Below are positions 46,682 to 59,647 of a stretch of 64,000 nucleotides of DNA, one piece after another. A program made the position numbers and the translations under genes. The number at the start of each line of letters is the position of its first letter. Within the stretch, counting starts at the first letter, position 1. Source of the DNA: Eledone cirrhosa (Eukaryota); NCBI GenBank assembly GCA_964016885.1, contig OZ024746.1, positions 87,854,001-87,918,000 on the forward strand, given 5' to 3'. Below the pieces are notes generated by a model. The model made no database searches and was not told where the DNA came from. It was given only the letters and a program-made list of their open reading frames with translations.

Positions 46682-48900
46682 AGTTGCATTTATCTTGCTT
46701 TATGTTCATACGAGTTATCACCAAGTCACAACTAGTGACCTCAAGAGACAACAAGGTCCACCATGTTCAAGGAAGAACATACATACTCACACATGCATCT
46801 TTAGGTGTTTAGACTTGTGATGTACTTATATTGACAGAATCTTCCTTAGTATATGGGCAGTTCCCATTAGTACTATCTTTTGTATTTCTCCTATACGCGG
46901 GTTTCCTGGGATCTGCGATAAGTAATCATTAGACCCCTTAGGTATCATTCCCAGAGCGCCTACAACCACCGGTATTGTTTTAGTTCTCAATTTCCACATT
47001 TTTCCAATTTCTATCTCCAGGTCCTTATACTTGCTCAATTTTTCAAATGTTTTTATAGATACATTCTTGTCTATTGGAACAGACATATCAATTAGCAGGC
47101 ATACCCTCTTTTTAAAGTCCTTCAATATTATATCAGGTCTATTTGCATCTATTTTTCGGTCTGTTTGGATGCTAAAGTTCCACAAGATTGAGATGTGATC
47201 TTTTTCAAGTATGGGAGGTGGTTGATGCTCCCACCAATTCTTTTGATGGGGCAGGTCAAAATGCTTACACATTATCCAATGTATGTATTGTGCAGCTCTG
47301 TCCTGCCTGTTTAGGTATTCGGTTGGAGCTATAGGACTGCACATTGAAATTATATGGTCAATGGTCTATGGTTGTTTTTTGCATACACGGCATAATGGGC
47401 TGCATCCATTTTGTATTATGTTGGCTTGGTAATTTTTTGTTGGCAGACACTGATCTTGTGCTAATATAATCAGTCCTTCAGTCTCCGATTTCAGTCCAGA
47501 GGATGCCAACCACTGATCGGTTAAAGTTTTGTCAACATCAGGATTGTTAGCTCGCTCTGGGTATTTTCCATACAGAGGCTTTTCTTGCCATTTCTTAGCC
47601 AGTTTCTGTAGCAGTTCTTTCTTTGCAGTTACTTTTAATATTTGCTTTTTCTGTGTTTTCCATTTCAGCAGTAAATGGGACTTCTGAAATTTGTAGTCCA
47701 TTGCTGTATCTTTGTGCATCTTTTGTAATGGAATATCATCTTTTGATGCTTTCGTGTTTCAAAACGAATTTTGATCATCCAATCATGTGATTCCCTTAGA
47801 TATGTAGATAATCCAATTGTTGCAGTTTTCAACGCAATGTCTAACTGGATTAACCCACGTCCTCCTTCTTTCCTAGGGAGATATATTCTATCTATATCTG
47901 CCTTAGGGTGATGCATTCTGGGCATGGTTAAGAATTTTCGAATTTTTGTATCGAGCCTACGGATCTCTGTGCTTGACCAGTTAATGACATTGTAACTGTA
48001 GGTTACTACTGGTATGGCAAGCGTGTTTATGGCATCGATCCTATTCCTTGCATTCAATTCCGTTCTTAAGATTGCTCTTACTCTGCGGTAACATTCCTTC
48101 CTTATCCTTTCCCTCATTGTCGAGTGCTTGATTCCGTCTCCTTCACAAACACCTAGATATTTGTAAGTTTTTTCTTGATCAAGTTCTCTTATCACGTTCC
48201 CCCGATCAAGATTAATGTCTGAACTCTTCAGCAGCTTTCCTCTTGTGAACGTTGCTTTGGCGCATTTATCTAGTCCAAACTCCATTTTAATGTCATCACT
48301 GAATTGTTCCACATTGGATAATGGCCCTTGCAATTGTTCATCATTTTTTGCAAATAGTTTCAGGTCATCCATGTAGAACAGGTGATTAATGTTTTTGTCA
48401 TAGACTTTGTATCCATGTTTTGTTTCATTGAGCATTTTACTTAATGGTATAATTGCGATGCAGAATAAAAGCGGTGATAAAGAGTCACCCTAAACAATTC
48501 CACAATTAATATTAACTTCTCCAGCTTCCAGTGATTTTGTTTCACTATTCCAAAGGAGTGTCGTTTTCCATGTGTTCATACTGAATGACAAAAACCTCCT
48601 GACAACGGGGGATATTTTGAAAATCTCTAAACATTTTTCAATCCAACTGTGTGGCAAACTATCGAATGCTTTTTTATAAGCAATCGATAGATTTTTGTGT
48701 CTATTATGACAATCTTCCATCTTGTTAACCAGAAGCTGATCCTTACAGCCATATGAGCCTCGTTTACACCCTTTCTGCTCAATGGGAAATAGGTCATTTG
48801 TTATCAGGTGGTCATATGTGTATTCAGTTAGGACTGATGTTAAAATTTTATACATTGTGGTCAAGCAAGTTATCGGTCTGTAATTTTGGGGATTGTTTGT
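46682..48900 (-). mobile_element. 5'-truncated Dong/R4-clade LINE (RT plus CCHC plus restriction-like endonuclease) inserted in (TAA)n
   Basis: EQKGCKRGSYGCKDQL, KKAFDS, GDSLSPLLF, HLFYMDDLKL, CRVC..TIDHIISMC, ANRPDI, EKLSKYKDL, IPVVVGALG. (TAA)n on both sides, the known Dong target. Confidence 0.92.
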
Positions 48901-48901
48901 C

Positions 48902-49001
<100 letters not shown>

Positions 49002-49066
49002 CAGCAACAGTCTTATTTTACCATGCACATGTATTCATAGTTCCTGTTTTTCCTTTATTTGTACAG

Positions 49067-49348
49067 ATTTTTATATCAACCAATCGCCACAGCTAAACCA
49101 AAGGTGGCCTCAACATTCAAGTGTGCCTCAAAATCATATCGGAGTGGCTCGTTCCTCCGGTTTGGTTGGAAAACGTGGGCATATCCTTTCCGATGATGAA
49201 GATATAGATCCTGACAAATATTTCAAGAAGCTTCATCACTCTGAACGGAGATCAACATGGCAACATACTAAAACACGCAATCCCTTGTCCGTATCACGAA
49301 TTGCCGAATATTGTAATTCTCCTATGTTACCAATTATCGGATCAGAAG
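49067..49348 (+). CDS. PXYLP1: Internal coding exon of 2-phosphoxylose phosphatase 1 (PXYLP1/ACPL2-like)
   Basis: Polypyrimidine acceptor tttcctttatttgtacAG at 49066 and donor GAAG|GTATAA at 49349. The exon is 282 bp, open, phase 1-1. It ends ...RIAEYCNSPMLPIIGSEG, resembling the YCN..EG segment that precedes the catalytic exon in vertebrate PXYLP1. Phase matches the next exon. Confidence 0.8.
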
Positions 49349-50722
49349 GTATAATTATATATATTAAATTTATATTGATTTATAGATCGGATTTCTTAGC
49401 AATAATAAAATTTATGCCATTTAAATATTTTCCCTGTGTTTTCCTATATAATGTTATACTTGGAAACGGTGATCAATTCTTTTGTAGGACCTGTGCGTGC
49501 TTTTCATACAAAGTGTCTTTCTATATTTAGTTAAGTTTATTTACAGTCTGACTTCAAATCCTGTTAGTGTCAGTTTAATCTTTGATCCTTTGAATGTTGT
49601 TAGCTTATGAATATCTTTAACCCAGATACGTTATCTCGATGTGGCCTTTGTATCCGTAAATATCAACATAAAACAACATTAGATAATTACAGGCTGAATG
49701 GAATGCTACCAGTGTTCGACAACAATTCTTATCTTTCTTTGTTGATGAATGTACATTAGTTGACAAGTAAAGTAGTTGACTCCATCTACTGTCACTTTTT
49801 AAGACTTATGATTAAAAGCATGCATTCCAGCAGTGATCATAACATTGCCTTTGTGTATTAGAGACGACCGTGCGATAGGGTTTGTTTTAAGAGGGATTGG
49901 TAAGATATTCATAGCAATACAAACAATGATGTAATCATTTCTTGCCCACATTAATTTAAACATATTAATACTAAGAAGTGGATACTATTCAGTTTCGACT
50001 ATCATAATCTACCACGTTAAGCCATTTACGACAATAGTACTCTAAATATGCATCTTAAACAATGAATTCTCATACACTTACTCTTAAGTATATACTATTC
50101 GGGGGTAGTAAAACGAATAACGTACTGAAACTGACAGGTTCTATCCAGACAAGCGAAGTTTGTTGTACGACTTCTAATCATGGTTGAAAATATGTTATTT
50201 TACATGCACCACTAATGATATTTAAAACTAATTGTTTGTCATTGCAACATGTACTCCCTGTTGAATATAAGTCAAATGCAACGATTATTGATAGTACACT
50301 TTGCTTTAGCAATATTCATCTACAAATTGATTGTGATTGCATGTAAATATATTTTCAGATCATGTAATCGACTATTGTGTAATATGATAGCAGAATCGTT
50401 AATAGTGAAAATAATAACTAACAGTCTGTACAATGACCATCAGTTAATAATCAGGATAATTGGAACTATGCAATTCACTATACCTCAGAGGATAGTGATC
50501 AAACCTGGACACAATTCCATGATAATATCATATAGAAATATTAATTTCCATACATACTTTCAGCTAATTTACAAATCAAATGTCTTATTTTTACAGAGAT
50601 TGGTAGCGCTATCTAATTTTATTTTTAAATGGTCTAAAAGGAATGGATTGGCCGTATCAGATGAGAGTCGAACAACAGCTTTTTCCGCATATAGTTACGG
50701 CCCTTTTCATCTTGAGTTCAAA

Positions 50723-51290
50723 TACCGCCGATGTTAGCTTTGCCAGTCAATTTTGCAGCCCCAACAAAATAAAGTACCAGTAACGTTAATTTAATGGACT
50801 TTCCCCTCCCATAAAATGTTTGGCCTTGTCCCTTAATCACAAAAAAATTATATAGGACGATGGATTGGCAGTATTGGTAGAACGTTGTACAAAAATGCTT
50901 TGCGGTATATCCGTATATACTTTTACGTTCTGAGTTCAAATCTCATCTGTGTTAGGTTTGACTTTCATACTCACTTGGTCGAGAAAATAAAGTACAAGTA
51001 ACATATTGGTTTCATTTTAGTCTACTTTCCCCGCCTTCTTTTTGCATAAATCAGAAAACATTACTTAATATTCTATTGGCACTGGATTGACACAAACTTT
51101 AGTGCCACGGATGAAATTGATTGCAGTATTTTGTTACATCTTTTTACATTCAGAGTTCAAATACCAGCGGGGTCAACTTTAGTTTCCTTCATTCATTGCG
51201 TACCAGCAAAATATTAAGGATGATATTAAGGCAAATGACTTTCCTTTCCCCGCAACTGCTGGATGTGTGGTTAAATTAGTGAACCGTTAT
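50723..51290 (+). mobile_element. Three degenerate tRNA-SINE copies in the last PXYLP1 intron
   Basis: GAGTTCAAAT B-box-like motifs, AAAATAAAGTACCAGT cores and GGCCTTGT tails at ~50723, ~50860 and ~51110. Confidence 0.65.
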
Positions 51291-53419
51291 TTAAAGTGTT
51301 AAATACGAGTTAGTAAATTAAGTTTATAATACTAATCCATCTACATGATTTTAAGTTTATTACATTCTTACTCAAGTAGTTAGTATAGGGTGGACTATTT
51401 TAAATAGCAAAAAGCATTCTGTACTCATTTGTACAGCATCCTGTACTCATTTGTCGTAATCTATCGTTTAGAATATAAAACCTGCAGTTTACAAGTATTG
51501 AATTTGAATGTCAACATTTCAGGTTCTATAAAGTTTGTTAATATCTCATCTTAATTTAATGGACCGCTTGCATCCCCAACATATTAGAAGCCGTTTACTA
51601 ATTATAATAAATATAGACTAAAGCGATACAAATCGATATCAATAACAAAAAAACATAAACAATTGTTTAAATTCTACTTTCAGATATAGAATAGTGTTGC
51701 TGCTGAAGTTGCTTCACAACTGTATCATGTTCTGTTTTAAGTCGGTTTTGTCATTCAATCATGATTGGAAACAAAATACAAGCCTATTTCGACAACATGC
51801 GACATAAATCGTCTAGAAGACGGCCGCCAGTCCTCTTTAGGGGGGACACCAGTCAAACACAAAGATAAAATCAGTTGCTGGCTGTACAACATTTTAGCGG
51901 CGTGGTCTGCAGCGTCGTGCAATCGAGTACCTTGCTCAAGGATACAATGTGCAATCTGGTTTAAAATATCTGAATCTGTTCATCAAGCCTCTCTCTATAT
52001 CTACTCCTATATCTCCTCTCCTCTCTCCCTCTATCTCTCTTTCTATATATATATATACTGGGCAATATTTATTAATTTGTAGGAAATATTGACTGGGAAA
52101 AGCTAGTTTGAGATAGGTTGCCCGTAAACAACTAAAAATGGTTCCATATATATTAATAGCTGAAATAAACATCTACACATAACGTCTACACATTTATATA
52201 AAATAACATAACATTGTTTATGCATGTGCGCTCTGATTACTTTTCCGGAGATAGAAACAAAATAGATCGTATAGCAATCTCTTTATTTTTCTTATATAAA
52301 TCAATAAAAGAAATAGGTTTAAAGTGGAACATTTTTACTTGAATCATCAAACTAAAGATTTGCCACTTGAGCTCACCCTCTGGTGCTATTTTGTATGAAC
52401 AATCGATACAAACTTCTTAAGACCTATGAGACTCTAGAGCAACACGCCTTCTTGAATATTGAAGAAAATATTTGATATCATAGTCCAAGTCATTCTCCTG
52501 AAAGGGTTGCTACGGTTAAAGCGAATTAAACATTAGGCTGTTCACTTCGTTACATAGTATATATCGAAATAAGCCCCAGCGGAATTACAATTCAATAATT
52601 AAAAAAATGTTATGGAAAATCAGTCTACACGGATCAATGAACTTCGTTTTGGCAAGGAGAGGTTGGCATGCATATGAACAAGATTTACTTCAATACATCT
52701 TAAATATTTATTTACGTCCTTTCTATGAACGTTGTGAAAAATTTGGTGAATGAAAATCATGTGAGGCGAATAAATCATAAACGCTTGCATTGCTGGTAAT
52801 ATGAAGTGAGAGATAATAAGTCGAACAGACCATAATGGACATGATATGCAGTAAATGAGCGTAATAAGATAAGCAACACATTTATTTTATGCGAGATTTA
52901 TGCTTCATGTCTCCTAACGGTAGCATATGAATCACATCCTAGACAGATTTGACCCGCCTCACCAAGATTTAGGTATCAGAAATACATTACAATCCAGTCG
53001 ACATGGATATGGAGGTAGTATTAACCATACTTTTTTACATCACTAGATTTCAAACTTAACACATTGCATAGCTGTCTACTCTCAAAATGACTTAAGATTA
53101 CACACAATTGCTTGATGTTGTTATTACATCTTATGTAGGGAGATTATGATGAACTAACGCGAATTTGTCCCAATTAAGATTTATTTTATGTGCAACAAAC
53201 CTTATATATACTTACATAAAATTTATCTCATGAATACCACGTAGAATAATTCACGTTGTTATTGTATTACTCATAATGATGCCTGTCTGTCTAGGGTTAA
53301 TAAATTAGTTTGTATTAGTTTGTCTAGGAATACCTCACATGAAACCAGTCTCTAAAACGTTATAATAAGCTATGAAATTAAATGTTTCTACGTTACTCAC
53401 CTTATCGGTTTTCTTTCAG

Positions 53420-54657
53420 GTGATGTTCCACTGAAGTACAATTTGGAACAAGTTCATGTACTGATCAGACATGGTGATCGTACACCGATGCATTCGTTTC
53501 GGAATCATCCTAATCCGGCTTTAGGCTGCCGAATGGATCAGCAGCTTTTTGCAGCTTTTAGCCCATATTTAGAAGGATATTTGCCGACAATGATGGCATT
53601 TCAAGGTAAACAGCACCCAGCAAGTGGTTTTAAAAACTGGGCTCTCTATCCTAACCATCGTATCTGTGATGGATCTCAATTAACTGGACTTGGAATACTT
53701 CAACATCTACAAATAGGAGAGTTTCTCAAAGACACATATATACATCGATGGAGGCTATTCGGAAATGCTTACAACCCTCGAAAGGTTTACGTTCGTAGCA
53801 CTGAATACTCCAGGACATATCAAAGTGCCATAGCTTTCCTCTATGGCTTTCTACCGCATTTCAACCTCACAGAACTACTCATCGAACGCTCATCCAGTCT
53901 ACTGATGTGCTCTGAACGATATTTTGGTTCTTCTTGCAATTGTCCAGTAATACATGCTCTAAAACAGTCAACCGATCGATTGGCCTCGTTTCTTATACAA
54001 AACAATTCTCAATATTACTATCTGGCACAGAAAATAGCCGCTGTATATAATTTAAAAGTCCCACAACTTCCATGGGCCAGTGCAATGATGGACGTATTTA
54101 TGTTTTACGCCTGCCACAATCTCAGTCTTCCTTGCAATGGCAAGGGTCAGTGTATCGACTGGATGGTACTAGATAATTTATGGGAACATCTCGATCAGAA
54201 TGGGAATCGTCAGGTGACTTCGGATAGCACCAATCTTAAACGACACCGCCTTGCCACTTACCCGTTTCTATACGAGATCGTGCAGTCAATGAAAACATAC
54301 ATGCGCGGAAATCCAACGACAAAACTATTCCTTTATTCAGGTCATGATGTCACCGTGACGCCTGTGCTGACTGCACTAGGCGCTCACAGTGGAAAGTGGC
54401 CACCTTACGCATCTAGAATTATATTTGAAATGTACAGTCTACGGCGAAATCGACAAAAGAAACATTTTATTAGGATATTATATAACGGACGTGATATTAC
54501 AAATTTGACACCGTTCTGCGGTTTCGCCACAAAAGAGAACCTTTGTTCGTTTGAAAAATTTTCAAATTTTGTAAAGAAAGACAGTTTAAGAAGGATTGGT
54601 ATTAGTGACTACAAAGATGCGTGTAGCCAAGGACTTCATCCAACAGAAAATAAATAA
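53420..54657 (+). CDS. PXYLP1: Large terminal coding exon, histidine acid phosphatase (2-phosphoxylose phosphatase 1)
   Basis: Acceptor ttttctttcAG at 53419, phase 1. Motifs [12 protein letters not shown] (RHGxRxP), [42 protein letters not shown] (HD) and FIRILYNG. Stop TAA at 54655-54657. The N-terminal membrane-anchor exon was not located. Confidence 0.88.
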
Positions 54658-54819
54658 AATATATGAAACGTTTTTTGAAAAATAGAATTTAAGTTTTAAT
54701 TTGTAATTACATGACAAATAAACTATACATTCATAGAAACATTGAGGGAAAATGACAAAGGTGTGTACATAATGTATGGGTGAATGTACGCATGAAAGAA
54801 ATTGATAGTTGCAAAAGTT

Positions 54820-54886
<67 letters not shown>

Positions 54887-54972
54887 TATATAATATATAC
54901 ATATATATAAATATAAATATAGCTATGTGAGTGTGTATCAAATGAATATATGCATATACATATATAATATAT

Positions 54973-55048
<76 letters not shown>

Positions 55049-55205
55049 TATATAAACATAAGTATATCTATATGTGTCTTATTTGTATGAGAGTTTTGCT
55101 CGACCCTCAGATATTTACTTCAAAGAAAAATGAATCATATTTATATCCAAAGATGTCTGTTCATACGTTAATAATGTCTACGTAAACATTGAGTCGTATA
55201 TGTAG

Positions 55206-55261
<56 letters not shown>

Positions 55262-55340
55262 TATATAAATTATATATAAATATATATATATATATATATG
55301 TGTGTACATATGAATATATATATATGTATTATATATATAT

Positions 55341-55371
<31 letters not shown>

Positions 55372-55378
55372 ATTCATA

Positions 55379-55555
<177 letters not shown>

Positions 55556-56009
55556 GTATGAAAATATATATATATATATATTTATATGTATGAATATATA
55601 TATATATATTATATGTATATATATATGTATCTATATATGTATAGATATTTATAAATATGTATGTGAATATGTGTCCGCACCCTCAATCATAAGCAGCTAT
55701 GTGTTTGTATGTTCATATATAAATATGTATATACATATATTCATACACGACATGCTGAATTATAAATTATAATGGCATATATATGTCAGAATGAACAATA
55801 CGAAAAATATTTGAATGAATATATAAAAATGCCGAACGATTTGAATGTATAGTAAATACTAACAAATTTGTATATATAAATATTCTATGAATACAAATCG
55901 ACGTAATAATGAAAAGTGCCATGGATTAGAAGGCTGCTAATTATATATGCATTCGCACCCACACACGTTTATATTAATGCATATAAATATATATTTCCGT
56001 CTATATGTA

Positions 56010-56086
<77 letters not shown>

Positions 56087-56132
56087 GGAGTTAAGCGATA
56101 AGGGTTATAGAATGTACAGTCTAGTTGGTCTA

Positions 56133-56181
<49 letters not shown>

Positions 56182-56370
56182 ACATGACATTCGGGTATAT
56201 GGCAGTTCGTTATATTTAATTGATTTTGCACAGTTGCAATCACACAGATCAAGCAAGTGTATCGTGTACATATTCTCCCCCCAACAGTCCTGCATAACCG
56301 ATTACACACATCGGTACTGCCTCAATATATCTGACTAACCAAATACAATATATACAATTTATTCATATAC

Positions 56371-56410
<40 letters not shown>

Positions 56411-56804
56411 TGATCGTTTTAGAATGGCAAGGGTGTATACCTACAGATACACACACGCACGCACATATACATACATAGATATATAAATATCTTAAGAAAT
56501 GTTTCACAAACTATGTTTCCTGGATAAAAATGATCTCATTAATTTCTCCTCGGATTATGGTGGAAAGGAAGATTTCTGATACGTCGGTTTGTGTTTACTA
56601 TTTGTGTGTTTCATGGGTTGTTATTTTTGAAGATAAAGATTGAAAAATAAATTTCAGTAAGAAACAAAGCAACAAATCATATTGAATTAAAGGAAACTTC
56701 GCAGTTTCCGTTTTTCTAATTACTTGTCTTCTGCCAAATTATTTATTGTATTTTCTATTATTTATTATGTACTTTTAGAATATTGAATTTTAGAATATTG
56801 AGAA

Positions 56805-56900
56805 CTGGATTCGCAACCGTGAGGTTGTGAGTTCGATTCATGGACCGGGCGATGCGTTATGTCCTTCAGCAAGACATTTTGTTTCACGTTGCTCCTGCTA
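56805..56900 (+). mobile_element. Fragment of a second tRNA-derived SINE family (CORE-like)
   Basis: gaggttgtGAGTTCGATTC followed by tgtccttcagcaagaca. Confidence 0.5.
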
Positions 56901-57026
56901 CCTGGAGTTGTGACCGAAATATAGTATTAGCAATTGCAAAGACCAACGTAAACTTTGTTTCCTCGGTCGAATTTGACGAAAGTCGATCGACTGTCGATAT
57001 ATACACATATATATATATATATCGAC

Positions 57027-57057
<31 letters not shown>

Positions 57058-57329
57058 TATGTATATATATATATATAAATATATATATATAAAATAATAT
57101 AAATGTATATATATAAAATATATATATATATATATATATATAGAATATATATATATCGATATATAGATATATATATGTATATATATATAAAATATATGTA
57201 TATATTTCGATATATATATATATATATATATAAAATATATATATATATATATTGATATATATAAAATATATATATATATCGATATATATAATATATATAT
57301 ATATATATAAAATATATATATATAAATAT

Positions 57330-57393
<64 letters not shown>

Positions 57394-57456
57394 TATATAT
57401 ATAATATATATATATATATGTATATATATATAAAATATATATATATATATATATAT

Positions 57457-57558
<102 letters not shown>

Positions 57559-57607
57559 TATTATATATATATATAAAATATATAATATATAATATATAAA
57601 AATATAT

Positions 57608-57688
<81 letters not shown>

Positions 57689-57698
57689 AAATATATAT

Positions 57699-57741
<43 letters not shown>

Positions 57742-57759
57742 TATATATATAATATATAT

Positions 57760-57791
<32 letters not shown>

Positions 57792-57803
57792 ATATATATA
57801 TAT

Positions 57804-57912
<109 letters not shown>

Positions 57913-57985
57913 AATAATATATATATATATATCTATCTATATATATATATATATATATAATATATATATATATCTATATATATAT

Positions 57986-58209
57986 GTAGGAGGTGAGTTT
58001 TATTGTAGTACAATAAGGCAATGCAGATATCGGATAAGAAGCACTCTACAGTTTGTGGGACTGGAGTATGCATAATGTAAGATCAAAAGATGGTTAAAGG
58101 AGTTCCATACATTTTATTATGCGCATTTCAAAAACAAACATGATGATGTTTGTTTTTGAAATGCGCATAATAAAATATATGGAGCTCCTTTAACCATCTT
58201 TTGATCTTA
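57986..58209. repeat. Rearranged copy of the 45.6-45.9 kb HHR unit ending in a fold-back hairpin (58078-58209), embedded in ~2.6 kb of TA-rich DNA
   Basis: 57986-58076 is the reverse complement of ~45801-45891. 58078-58141 matches 45637-45700 and is then inverted. Confidence 0.88.
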
Positions 58210-58224
58210 TATTATCTATATATA

Positions 58225-58313
<89 letters not shown>

Positions 58314-58393
58314 TATATATAATATATATATATATAATATATATATATATCTATATATATATATATATATATATATAAATTATATATATATAT

Positions 58394-58439
<46 letters not shown>

Positions 58440-58452
58440 TATATATATATAT

Positions 58453-58514
<62 letters not shown>

Positions 58515-58527
58515 TATATATATATAT

Positions 58528-58593
<66 letters not shown>

Positions 58594-58706
58594 ATAAAAT
58601 ATATATTATATATATGTATATATATAAAATATATATATATATAATATATATTATATATATATATATATAAAATATATATATATATAATATATATATATAT
58701 ATAATG

Positions 58707-58787
<81 letters not shown>

Positions 58788-58837
58788 TATATATAATATT
58801 TGTATATATATATATATATTTTATATATATAATATAT

Positions 58838-58869
<32 letters not shown>

Positions 58870-58940
58870 CATATCATATATATATATAATATTTGTATAT
58901 ATATATATATATATATAAAATATATATATATATATATAAT

Positions 58941-59011
<71 letters not shown>

Positions 59012-59080
59012 TATATATATATATAATATATATATATATATATAATATATATATATATAATATATATATATATATATAAT

Positions 59081-59122
<42 letters not shown>

Positions 59123-59248
59123 TATATATAATATATATATATATAATATATATATATATAATATATATATATATAATATATATATATATAATATATATAT
59201 ATATAATATATATATATATAATATATATATATATAATATATATATAAA

Positions 59249-59280
<32 letters not shown>

Positions 59281-59472
59281 TATATATATATAATATATAT
59301 ATATATGATATATATATATATAATATATATATATATATAATATATATATATATGATAATATATATATAATATATATATATATATGATATATATATATAAT
59401 ATATATATATATATAATATACATATATATATAATATATATATATATATATAAAATATATATATATATATGTC

Positions 59473-59557
<85 letters not shown>

Positions 59558-59647
59558 TATACATATATAATATATATATATATGATATATATATATGATA
59601 TATATATATATATATAATATATATATATAATATATATATATATATGT

